A stretch of 64,000 nucleotides of DNA from Lingula anatina. Lineage: Eukaryota; Animalia; Brachiopoda. Position numbers and translations under genes: made by a program. The DNA lies in assembly GCA_051362555.1 (NCBI GenBank), contig CM120640.1, forward strand, positions 28,296,503 through 28,360,502, written 5' to 3'. Below the pieces are notes generated by a model. It worked only from the letters and a program-made list of their open reading frames with translations, searched no databases and had not been told where the DNA came from. This document shows positions 1 through 12,500 of this stretch, piece by piece; position 1 is the stretch's first letter; each line of letters starts with the position of its first letter.

Positions 1-699
1 TCTACTCGTTCGATTATGTTTATCTCTAAGCCCAACCCCTTTGAGGATTTCGAACCTCCTTGGCCACAATGAAGTCCTAAATCCACCATATTGCAATCAT
101 AGATATTGCTACAGGCAGAATAACGTTGCATTTTCATCGCTCTATATACATATATCACATTTATTTTTTTTTAATTTTGTATGCAACAACCAAGCAAAAA
201 AATGATAAAATCATTATTCCAAATTTTATCCCACTCATGTCACGTCGTATTCACAAATTAGAAATAAAGATATTTTCAGAATGAAAAGCTGAAAAAAATG
301 TCTGAAACGAACTTGATCCAACCTGTGCCTAACGTATGCTTGTTTTGCATGTATTTTTCGTTTTCCAGATGGCATAGGATATTTTTGTACATCCTACGCT
401 TAATCTATTTTACATTCAGTTAACACAACTATCACAAAACTCTTAGCTCAAAGACTTCATTGAGAATATTTAAAACCAATCTTTTCAAAAATAAAATACT
501 GAACTATCTAAAAAGGCCTTTGTAATTCTTATATTATACATGTACATCATACCTGAATGTCGTGGACAAACCTATTCCATACTTCAAATCCATTCATTTA
601 TAACATAAGTGGATGTGATAGGTGCGACAGTATAGCAGCATTTAAGTAATTTGTTGTAGAAAGGTTGACGAATAAACCAACGGTTTTTGGCTCAAACAC

Positions 700-860
700 A
701 CTTTTCCAAAAATCAAATGTCTATAGATGCTCAATGTACTAAGAGTCAATTTCAATATCTTAAAATCAATCACGATATTGTTTAAAAAGGTTGCACACGT
801 TTGCCGTTACAGTCCATTCCAGAGAATAGGTGCTGCCATAATCAAGAACGTCTTCGTCGT
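700..860 (-). mobile_element. L2/CR1-type LINE 3' end fragment
   Basis: The minus strand reads KTFLIMAAPILWNGL, resembling the conserved 'F..AAP.LWN.LP' C-terminus of L2/CR1 ORF2. The same fragment is at ~24995-25155. Boundaries are approximate. Confidence 0.55.
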
Positions 861-861
861 C

Positions 862-1430
862 CCCAGCGGCAGTCTGGTTTTATTAGTCATCATCTGCAGT
901 GCAATTGGGAGTCCTATCTCAGAGGAAACCATCGGCCTGTTGTTCACCGTAGACTGGCTTCTGTAAGTTTTTTTCTTTGCTAACTTCGTACCATTTAGTG
1001 TTTGTCAAAAGCCGTGTAAAGAAGACATTTATTTTTACCTCTTATTCTCTAATACCGCGTGATTGAGCACACTATATGTTTATACTTTACATTACAGCAT
1101 GTGCTCCAATATTATACAAAAAGCGATAACAGCTTGACATTGATAGTGCTTTAATTTTGTCTATTGGCATTAATTGTCCTTTGTCAGCATAACATCTGAT
1201 ATACGTGTTTATAAATGAAATTTTCCCAGGGATCGGGTACAAGTGGCTTGTAATACTTTGAGCTCTGTCTCGCCTCCGCCGTCGTCGAAAAAGTCTGTAT
1301 AAAGCAACTTGATACAAGCTGTGATCAACCAACTGCAACCACGCAAGATCTTGAGAACTGCTATGACAATGATGCAGCCACAGTTTCACAAGATATTCTG
1401 CTCGCAAAGTTGATTTCAGGACGTGGACAT
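862..1430 (+). pseudogene. SLC1A-family transporter 3' remnant (5'-truncated exon 7 at 862-962; frameshifted exon 8 from 1230)
   Basis: PSGSLVLLVIICSAIGSPISEETIGLLFTVDWLL followed by a GTAAG donor matches exon 7 of the intact copy (31701-31841) but lacks its first ~40 nt and its acceptor. Exon 8 starts DRVQVACNTLSS, then has a 1-bp deletion near 1267 relative to 25513-25717. Confidence 0.85.
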
Positions 1431-1448
1431 GAGCAAGTGCCCTATTTG

Positions 1449-1713
1449 GGACCATTCAGAATAGAAGATCCGAGTATCAACTGGTCCAAGGCTCAAATAT
1501 GACGGGGCCTACATGAAAGGAAGGCCGCTGTAAGGGTCTCTCCGCCTACCACACCCTTCCCCACGCGTCTGGTCGAATGGAGTCGAGATTTAATTACTGT
1601 GCTCCTGCAGGGATGGCACGTGGGGAGGCGTGTGAGACCATTACAGGATTAAGCGGTCTTCCTTTCATATTTGCCATATTTGAGCCTTGGACCAGTTGAT
1701 ACTAGGATCTTTC
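1449..1713. mobile_element. Foldback MITE, truncated copy (same family as 25734-26035 and 43622-43910)
   Basis: Starts ggaccattcagaatagaagatccgag. Inverted arms: ctggtccaaggctcaaatatg / catatttgagccttggaccag. Confidence 0.8.
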
Positions 1714-3568
1714 AGCTTTTCCAGCTCAGGCCGCATTTTAGTCCTGTGTTTCTTTTTTGAAAGTTTGACAGTTATAAGTAACATGGTTTTCCCATAATGG
1801 TCATCATGGCAGCAGCAACAAAAATTGTGTTTTCTTCTATTTAGATGCAACATTACATAATGCTTAACAGCATAATGACCATCAATTTTTTAATAATAAA
1901 ATAAAACGTATCATGGATTTTCAGAAAATGTAACAAGCATGGGTATTCAAGCCAGCCTGTGGAACTTCAAAGTCACACCTTGAAAATGCCAATATGTGAA
2001 AAATTAAATTTTCACAAAAAACTGTTTAACTGGCAGATTGCATTGCCTACTGAAGCTATATTTTAGTCCCATGTTTCTTTCCTGTAAGTTTGAGAACAGT
2101 AAGTGACATAGTTTTCTTAAATGGTCATCATGGGAGCAGTGCCCCAAATTTTTTTTTTTTCAAATTTTGATGCAATATTACATAATGTTTAACAGCATAA
2201 TGACCCTCAATTTTTAATAATAAAATATTAGTATCATGGATATTTAGAAAATGTGACTAGCAAAGGTCTAAGGCCCATGGAACTTCAAAGTCACAACTTG
2301 AAAATGCCAAAATGTAAACAAGACAGCACTGTTCTGAAATGTTTTTTTTTTTTCCATTTTTAACAATTTTTAACATAAAACAAAATTAACAGTTTACTGC
2401 CATTTTTATCTGATCAAGTAAAAAAATTGATGAGATGGGAAAAATATCAATAGAGCAGTGTTAAATGTCCAATTTCTTCCATTCTGAGATTCTGAACATA
2501 GTGAATGATTGAATCTGACAAACTGCAATGATATGAGTTTATTTCCACTTTTGAAACTTTATTACACAATACACGATAACAAGTTTACCATCATTTTTAC
2601 AAAATCAACTAACAATGTTGTAAAGATGCAGGAAATGTCAAACAAACACTTTTACGTATCTTATTAATTAAATAATGAAACTGTTAACATGACTAAGAAT
2701 TGAATCTGAGGAAATTTGAAAAAACAGCATAACTTCTAAAATAATGGCCCGATTATGCTGATTTTTGAACTCAACCTGTGTTTTAGCAGGATTGACCACC
2801 TGTGAGTTTAATGACAATTGGCCCATCTGTTTTTCTTATATTGTGCTTACAGTGTTGCATATATGCTGAAAAGTGAAAAACAAGCATAACTATTAAAATA
2901 GTGGCCCGATCATGCAGATTTTAGAATTTGACCTGCGTTTTAGTAAGATAGATTACTCCTGTGAGTTTCGTGACAACAGGCCTATCGGTTTTCCTTGTAA
3001 TGTGTTCACAGTGTTGCATATATGCTGAAAAGGCCCGATCATGCTGATTTTCCAACTTGACCTGCGTTTTATGAATATTCATCAGCTCTGTAAATATAAA
3101 GCCAAAAAGTAAAACTGCCTTCCACTTATCATGTTTACAATGAAAGTGCACGGCGAAGGTGATAACGGCGACGACAGACGCAGGTGGTGGCAATATGAAA
3201 AGAAAACTGTGTTACTTATAATTATTTTTAACTAACAAGTATGTTTTTTAGGATTGGCATGCAGTTCAAATTAGAAAGCCAGCTCAATTGGGTTATCATT
3301 TATCATTGAATTTATGCAGTTTTGTGTGAAATATTCATTTTTCTTATTCTGGCATTTTCAAAGTGTGAACTTGAACTCCCATCGGCCTGAAGCCTTATGA
3401 TTGTTACACATTTTACTTACGTCAGTATTACCTGTTGAGCATAATTAAAATTTTATGATTTTGCAGTTAAGCATAATGTACTTTTACATCAGAATTGACA
3501 GTAGCCTATTTTGTGCATTGTTATTGTCTGCTTTTTGTCTGTACATTTGACAGCTTTGCTGCCTTGTT

Positions 3569-4210
3569 TCAGCATATATGCAGCACCGATAACAAGATAA
3601 GTGGACAACCATTTTACCTTTTGGCTTGAAACTTGCAGAACTGATGAATATTCATAATACGCAGGTCAAGTTCGAAAATCAGCATGATCGGGTCTTTTTT
3701 AGGGATTTTATGCTGTTTTTCCACTTTTTTCAGCATATATGCAGCACCGATAACACGATAAGTGGAAAACCATTTTACCTTTTGGCTTGAAACTTACAGA
3801 ACTGATGAATATTCATAATACGCAGGTCAAGGTCGAAAATCAGCATGATTGGGTCATTTTTAGGGAATTTATGCTGTTTTTTCACTTTTTTCAGCATATA
3901 TGCAGCACCGATAACACAATAAGTGGAAAACTGTTTTTTCTTTTGGTTTGAAACTTACAGAACTGATGAATATTCAGTCAAGAATATTAGGTCAAGTTTG
4001 AAAATTGGCTTGATTGGACTATTTTTACAAAAGTTATAAATAAATGCTGTTTTTCCCTTATTCAGCATATATGCAACACTGATAACACATTTTAAGGAAA
4101 ACCAATCGGCCTTTTGTCTTGCAACTCAAAGTAGTGATTTGTCTGACTAGTATACAGATCAAGTTTGAAAATAAGCTTGATCAGTTAAGTTTTGATGAAG
4201 TTATTAGCCT
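3569..4210 (+). repeat. ~161-bp satellite, about 4 tandem units; related inverted units at ~2720-3130
   Basis: agcatatatgca recurs at 3571, 3732, 3893 and 4064. Units contain a gtcaagttcgaaaatcagcatgat-like motif. Confidence 0.9.
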
Positions 4211-6112
4211 TTTTGTATATAAGTGTTTTTTTCTTCAGATTTAATTCTTGGGCATGTTAACAGTCCCATTGTGGAACTAATTAGATATGTAAAAGTGTTG
4301 TTTTGACATTTTCTGCTTCTTAACAATATTGTTAGTTGATTATATAAAAATAACAGTAAACCTGTTATCATGCATTGTGTAATAAAGTATCAAAAATGGA
4401 AAGGAACTCATCATTGCAGTTTGTCAGATTCAATCATTCGCTATGTTCAGAATCTGCGAATGGAGCAAATTGGACATTTAAAATTGTTCTATTGATATTT
4501 TTCCTATGTCAACAATTTTCTTAGTTGATCATATAAAAATGACAGTAAATTGATTATTTTGTTTTATGTAAAAAAGGTGTTGAAAATGAAAAGAAAATCA
4601 TTTCAGTACAGTTATCTCTTGTTTACATTTTGGCATTTTGAAAGTGTGACTCTGAACTTCCATGGCCTTGAAGACCTTCCCATATCACATTTTCTGAATA
4701 TCCATGATACTTTTATTTTTTAATAAAAGAATTGATGGTCATTATGCGGTTAAGTATTATGTTATAATGCATGAAAGTTGAAGAAAACCCTACTTTGGAC
4801 ACTGCTGCCAGGATAGCGATTAAGGGAAAACCATGTTACCTATGATACTCAAACTTACTGAAAAGTTTCATAAGACTGAAGTGCAGCTTGTGTTGGAAAA
4901 CCAGTGTGATTGTTTTCTGTTTTGGAAGCAATGCAGTTCTATAGAGTGCTATATGGTGCAATAAATGTATATGGATAGCGGGCAGTATATTAATTCAGGG
5001 TCATAAAGTAATTTGCTTAATTAATTTGCAAGTGGCCATTAAATGAGATTACATAAAACACAAGTTGAGAATTCATTGTAAAGTCCCCTGGGTTTATCTC
5101 TCTTAACTATGTCACATAATTAGGAATCGATGATTATTATACAGGTAAATGTTAGTCATGTTAGTAATTACACAGTTAGATTAAAAGTTTGAATAGCAGC
5201 TTTATTGGAATTTTTTGTTATGTTTTATTTTACATTTTCTTTTAATTATTTTTCAAACACTAGCATCTTGAAGATATCACTTTCAACTCCTATCCACCAG
5301 AAGCACTGTGGATTTTCTGTTTTTCCACATTAGGAGTTGTGTTGGTTTTTATGTCTTGAAACATTGTGTAATTATATTATTTTATGCACTGTCATCTTTT
5401 TTCACATATTGGGATTTTCATTATGTGAATTTGAACTCTCACATATGGTCCTGAAACTGTAATCTTATTGACCATGTTATTCTGTTATACATTTTGTGAA
5501 AATTTTATCTTTCACATACTGGCATTTTCAGTGTGGGACTTATAACTCCCAAGGGCATGTAACAGTTCACTTTTATTGATACTACCAGTTGTGCAATATT
5601 TGCAACTTGACTTTGCAGTTAAAGGGATAATAACTGTTCTTTTTGGCAAATAATTAATTTTTTTTCTAAAAAGTGTTTTTTTTTTTGTTATAGTCTCTTA
5701 AGAAATTATTACAAAGTATAGCCAAGACAAGTTCAGATATCAGAATAATAGCTATGACTGCCCTTTTTGTGGTAAAACAAAGTATATTATATTTCTGTGA
5801 GTTGTTTACACTGTTTAAACTCAAGTTGGGTGATTCATATCATGTTTATGCAGCTAGACTGATTGTCAGCTTTAGTGGAATATTTTTGAATTTTTTTCTT
5901 TTATTTTTAATTTTTCAAACTGGCATTTTCAAGATCACTCCCATCCACCAGGAGCCCTGTACTGTTACTTTGTAATATTTTCTGTATTTTTTTAACTTAC
6001 GAGAATGATTCTTAGGATTGGCATACAGCCCAAATAAGAAAAACAGCTCTATTAAAAAAAAATGATATATATATCATTTCCAAAGTTTAACTCTTATCAG
6101 CATGAAGCCTTA

Positions 6113-6331
6113 GGGACTATTTCCAGACCCTATCACACTAACTGTGGATCGATCTATCTCCAAGGGAATTCTCGCTAAATTGCAATCAATGTAAGTGGCT
6201 TAGCTGTCTGTCACACCTACTAAAACTGGCATGCCAGAATCCTAAGCCACTTAAGCTGAAAGCAATTTAGTGAGAAACCCCTTGGAGTTGGATTGATCCT
6301 GTTAGATTGATCTAGGTATGGGAACTCAGTC
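6113..6331. mobile_element. Old palindromic MITE nested in a host repeat (TTA/TAA flanks)
   Basis: Degenerate inverted arms (ccaagggaattctcgctaaattgc...aagtggcttag / ctaagccactt...gcaatttagtgagaaaccccttgg). The paralogous empty site gaagcctta|tgattgttacac lies at ~3389-3410. Confidence 0.7.
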
Positions 6332-6585
6332 TAATGCTTGTTACACATTTTACTTTCATCCTAATCCACTGTTATGCAGAATTAGAATTTGATGTTGGCT
6401 ATGCAGTTACAGTAAGCATAATACATTAGTGCATCAGAATTGACAGTATCCTATTTCCTGCGTTTTTATTTTCTGGTTTTTGTCTATACATTTGACAGCT
6501 TTGCTGCCTTGTTTTGTTTTTACCATACTTTTTAATTTATTTATATATAAATTTTTGATGAATAAGATTAAACAATCCTCATGTT

Positions 6586-9500
6586 TCAAAGGTCTGCAGC
6601 TGGGGTATTAGAATAAGTCTGGTGTGGGGAAGGTGAAGATACAAGAGGAGAGGCCACCATGTTTTTGTATTTCTTCAGGCTGCGCCGAGTACGTTGAGTG
6701 AAGCGTGCGATGACAATGATGATTATGACCAGAACGGCACCAACCGCTCCTCCAGCAGACACGGACGCCAGTCGCCAACCGGTAAAGGCTTCATGAAAAC
6801 ATCAGTTGGGAAATGTTAAAACGCACTCAAAAGACAAGAGAATCATTTAAGATGCGATTTTTTATTGATATATTGGCTCTTGCTTACGGAAATAGGTCAA
6901 ATAGTAAAGATAAGATGATTATGCCCTAAAGGGGCGCTAATTATATAAAAAAAAATAATAATAATAAATAAAGAAAGAAAGAAAGAAAGAAAGAAAAAAC
7001 TTTTACCTTGTGGCCAACTACAGTCGGGACCGGTAAACTCATCAATGCACCTATTACATAAAAGGAAAATAAATAAATATGAAAAGCTAATCGTTATTTG
7101 TATTAAAGCAACAATCAAAACTAGTTTCTATGGCAATTAAATTAGATGAAACATGAAGAAAGATATCAAAATGAATTCACTCTGATGATACCAAGACTAG
7201 GACACAGGTGGATGTACCATACCTGCAAAATGCCAAATCCCCTTCATTTTTCTGACACAGCCCTCCATTGAGGCATTCTGGACATTTCCCTAAAATTACA
7301 TAAAACGAATATCATTAACGTAAGTGAATCTCTTATTTTTACATTAATTAAAAAATATTCAATTAAATAATAAACTATCAGCTTGAATTGCCCCTGACAC
7401 GCTATAGACGGTCACGAACTAGTAGTGCTATGTTCATTACCTGTACAAACTCGTCCCTCTAGACCGCCGTCACTTTCGTCGACGAACCCTTCCTTACAGT
7501 GACAAGTGTAAGCCCCGTTTTCAGTGGGACTGCAAATGCCATGTTTAGAGCACTTGTCAAGACCAGACGCACAGAAATCAAATGCTGTAACAAAAAGTTA
7601 ATTTGACGAAATCCAGATTACAAATTCGTTATCGTTATTTATACGTGTCCTCAACAAAATATTTAAATTAAAACGATATTTATTGCACAATAAAAACATG
7701 TGCTTACGTGCCATTAATGTATCTTTAAAAATCTCCATAATTTATTTGATCAAAAGTGTGGCCGAGAAGCACGAACTTAAAAAAAAAAAACTGAGCTCTA
7801 CTTACCCTGGAAAGCTGCCATTGCTGTCTTGCTGAAGTTTAAATCATTTGCCTCATTCAGTGCCGTTATATTAAAATGTGTCTGCACGAATTCGGGATCA
7901 AAAGGCTCCGCGGTGGATTTAAAAATTACTCTATAATTAGCTGAAAATCTATCTTCTGAAACTTCTGAGAGTTCAGTTACTTCACAGCGTTCATACACTT
8001 CTCTGAGAGGTCCTCCTGTGTAAGCCTCATCCACCTGGAATAAAGATCACATATACACATTGTCATTTTATGATGATCGATGCAATCAATGTAGGAATAC
8101 AGCCTGGTTCCAGGAGTATCTATAAATTAAAATCTTCAATGTAAAATCAGTATCACTTCAACTTATGTATTTAAAACACTGCTTTGATTAAAAACCAATA
8201 GAAATAATCAAATATGATGCGACCGATTTTTTTGGAGCATTGACAAAGTTTAACAATTCCTTGAAACTTGATGCAAAAATATAGTGCTAATATCACTTTA
8301 AGGGAATTCATAGGCACTAGGTATTTCAATGAGAACGTACCGCATCACAGATATTTCTTGAGGCATTTTTGAATGCCGTGGAATTCCTGTCACCTAACAC
8401 CGGAGTCCAGCGCAGGGGACCGTTCGACGACACGTAGATGACCAGCGTGCTATTGAACACTTGTGAAGCTGTATCAACAATGTTTGATAGACTTTAAAAA
8501 TCATTATGACTAACATTGTGCAAAAAAAAAAAAAAAAAAAAAAATACATTAGATTCACGCAAAAGTGTTTAGACTGTGTCTCAAACCAAACGCCTATGAC
8601 AAACAAATTTTCATTAGACACTTCGTGTTTGAGAGCTATAAAAACTTTAAATTCTAATCTGGCTAAGTTGCAATGAATGTGGAATGGCACTTTGACAAAA
8701 AATGATTACACGTCGTTGAGGGTTTCGTTTCTTTCCTAAACTTACCGTAATCACAGTTCTTGCCAGCAAACTCAGTTGGGCATGCACATTCATACGAGGA
8801 CGTGTCGGTTCGCAAACAGACTCCGCCATGCTGACAAGGTTTGGTAGAACACAGGTCCGGCATTACTGAAAAATCAAGATATGTACATGGATGCATTTTC
8901 CAGATTGATTATATAACCCTTCCATTTGTCATATGTAAAGAAGAGGCACACTCACGCCAAGAAGAGTCTAGGAGCAGTACAGAAAAGCGAAATGAATGAC
9001 ATAGCTTTTCCCGCTTGCTAAAAAGAATTAGTAAAATTAATTTTTGTTAAAAGTTTTCACAAATAAAATGCTATTATTGGTTTTAGATTACATTAGATAA
9101 TATATATATAACTCTTGGATTTTTCTATTCATCATTGCATAACGGTTTCTTTGAGTAACCTCAAAATGTAGATATTGTTCTGGTTATAAGACGGCGGCGT
9201 TGTCCAAAGTATTTTATATTTCGTATCTGACGCCATACCTATATCACAGTATTCTCCGCTGTAGCCAAGAGAACATGAGCAGACAAAATCATACTGGTCG
9301 ACAGCTATACAAGTGCCCGAGTTTTTGCAGGCAGCAACACCATCTTCACTTTGGCATGGGTCTAGTTTAACTAGATTGACATAAATCAATTAGTCCATTG
9401 GATGTGATTTGAATAACTCCATTTAAACAATAACAGTTGCACATCAAATTTTATTACCCGTGATAAAAAAGGCTAACAAATTACGAATTAAAAGAGACGG

Positions 9501-12500
9501 CAACTGGCATAAGTTTAAGTAATTTTGTATAAGATGCAGTACCAATGAGTCGTCACATGTAAATAGGTATTATGCAAAGGCTCCTTACTGCACTTTCCGT
9601 TCCTCTCAGAATGATCAGAAATACATTCACATGTATTTGTACTGGCAGCACAGACCACCTTGTTCCCTTTACATTGTACAGTGTCAGTGAGAGACGGGTC
9701 ACATGGTCCTCCCAATTCGCTCTGTGGTTCTGAAAGTAAATCGTAAAAATACCCAATTTATCCTTTTATCACAATTGCTTTAATTAAAACATAATTAACC
9801 TCTCTGTAATTATTATTATTATTATTATTATTATAGAAATTTTAATAATGACAAATTTCAGTTACATAGTAACTGGTAAAGATATACATAGGTGTAGATT
9901 AGTAGAGTTCAACAGTAATGCAATGGCATGGAAAACGGAGAATGGAGCTGGAGAACGATTACGAGTAGGAATTATGCCATCACGGGGCTCCCTTTTTATC
10001 ACTTGTAAATTCTATTTCCTTTGACCTTCAGTTCACCATGACTGATGCTCCACGAGGCGCTTACCACATCTGTCTTGTTTCTGGAAATATCCATCACTAC
10101 AAACACACTTGTTTGTGCCTAAATTGCAAGTTGAATTTTGTGGACTGCAAGTAAAATTTTCGGTGCACAGCTCACCCAAACCAGCCTGCCAACCAGGTAA
10201 AACTGAAGTATAAAACAATGATCTCGTAGTTCTTGGCAGTCTAGAAACAAAATTCTACAGTTTCATATTATAAATAATATAGACCTACTACAAAGAGGTT
10301 TATCATTAGACGCACGTATTATACAATGTGAAGTTCTTTAGACACAAGCAGTGGAAATTTAAGGCAATATTGTATTTTTAGTGATTGTGTTCAGAGAACT
10401 GTTATCATTTTTCATTTCTTTAAGGTTTAAGCTACTATTCATATGAGAAAAATGTGTATTATCTATAAATATGAATATGAACAAGTACTTCATCATGAAC
10501 GATGCGCTGGTCGCAGCGTTGTGGTGAATGTTGTTCACTGGACAGGGAGCGATAATTCAATTTCCTTATTTAATTTTGCAGAATCTGACAAACTTGCGTA
10601 TACCATTTCAATTGATGACAGAACTGTTACCTTGTCATTTAAGCTTTTTGAACATTTACGTATTTTATGTGATTTTATATTTGCTTTGCTTAAAAAATGA
10701 AAAAGGAGCGTATGTTGTAACGTTTTAGAATTCGAGGCCGAATTCTTTTGAAGAAGGGGTGTATGCTGTAAAGCAAATTACTAACACTTTCACTAACTGC
10801 AGATAACAATTAAAATGGGATCAAACGAGTAAAAGGATAGAGAGTTATTGAGTGTAAGTTAAGTTTCATCAAGAGTTAAGTGTAAGTTAAGTGTAGAAGA
10901 TGTTTTTAGTGTCAGAAAAAGACGGAAAAGGTCAAAGTCAGTAACAGTTAATGTGATTGGTTAATTCATAACATATTTTAATTTGATCATCTGTTTATCA
11001 CATGATAACTGAGTTTTAGATAAAGTCCAAGCATGAATAATTGAAATAATATTTTAGATATCTTTTATTGAAAACAAGTATCTTAGGGATTAACTAATAA
11101 GGAAATGTTGCACAGTGACTCACAACATGAGAATGGAAAATTCCTTGTAATCATGCAAAGACAATGGAAAAGAAAACAATCAAATGCGTGATCAGTACGG
11201 AAAAATTGAGTATAAATATTTGTGAAATTGTATGAAGAGAGAGTCGGTGAATAAACGTTCGAAAGCTCCAGATAGCTGTCGTTATTCTTCGCTATAACAA
11301 CATCTTACAGCAAAACCCGTGGTCTTCAATATAAGAGGCGTTACATTTGCATACATTTCTGACACAAACACTGTTTGCTGTAGCACAATGGTCGGGTCCT
11401 TGGCAAGGGCTGTTGAGGGGCATTTTTTGTTCTGGAAATGTATACAGAATTTGAAAAAAAATTCGTGAGCAGAATGCCGATTTTATGGTTTCAAACAAAA
11501 AATGAAGCGATTCATTTGGAGTAATTGTCAAGAAAAAAAATTCCTAATCTACATTTAACACTATATAATAAAACAATTTTCATGGTCTCAAAAATCATAC
11601 ATACCCTTTGAATTACACTACTTAATTAAGTAGAATAATCGAAAGAAAAATTTAACCTGCAAAATATTTTTATCAAATTCTATCTACAAAGTCGACCAAA
11701 CTTGACTAAAGTACCATGAATCCATAACATAAACATTTGTTACCACATTCCGATATGTTCTGATAATATTCCTTCTTGCATTGACAAGTTCCAGCCTGGC
11801 ATTCTGCATTCAGATCTTTGCAGACTCTACTGCTGTTAGATAAGCAGCGACTTCCAAGGGACTCTAAAGTCTCTGAATAAAAAGTAAACAATATCAGAAA
11901 ATGTATTGCTGAGATCTAATCACAATCGATACGTAAAATTAATAACGACAAAACAGGTGCCTGAAATTTTCAGTGAATTAAGTGATTGTATAAACATAAC
12001 ATAATAAACCAATGATAAAATTCAATGGTTTATTATAAGCAAGCGGTTTTTAAAGACTTATTCACATCAGGAAAAAAGCGGGTCCTTATTGCAAACTGAA
12101 GACCCTTATTGTATATAACTTACTGCACAATCTGTATGTTGGAAGTATTGCCACGTATGTCCCATTCTTGCAGTCACAAACCGAATCCCGGCACACAGAA
12201 TCTGGATCCTGGCATTCTGCTGTTTGGGTGCAGTTCTCACCGATATCAGCTTTAGATACTGCAACGAGTGATTATACAATTATACAGTCATTATTATCCA
12301 CTTGTGCTCGTTTTGCTCTGTTAACGGAATCGAGGGCACATGATGCTCGCGTAAAGAGGGTGCGCGGTATAAGATTTAAACTAACTGTAATCAACAGCAA
12401 AAAGTATACGTGGGTTCTGTACTGGAAAAAAATACTGTTGCATGTAGTGTAATACTATATATTATTATATAAAAGTGGTTTAACCTGAGGCTCTTCTGAA

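Larger units (their letters stand above)
545..1713 (+). repeat. Segmental duplication, copy A (copy B at ~24841-26022)
   Basis: Near-colinear, highly similar sequence starting atcatacctgaatgtcgtggacaaacct at both loci, covering the LINE tail, the exon 7/8 remnants and the MITE. Confidence 0.95.
1750..6515. repeat. Composite repeat region: ~1.1-kb inverted arms (~2050-3130 vs ~3570-4890), direct repeats and satellite; possibly Helitron/Helentron-derived
   Basis: 2460-2710 is the reverse complement of 4235-4490, and 2085-2320 of 4620-4860. 1770-2000 directly repeats 2085-2320, and 3245-3570 directly repeats 6010-6515. The family assignment is tentative. Confidence 0.8.

Noticed and set aside
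3569-4210. Regularly spaced repeats as a CRISPR array
   Set aside because: Whole 161-bp units repeat without unique spacers, the context is eukaryotic, and there are no cas genes.
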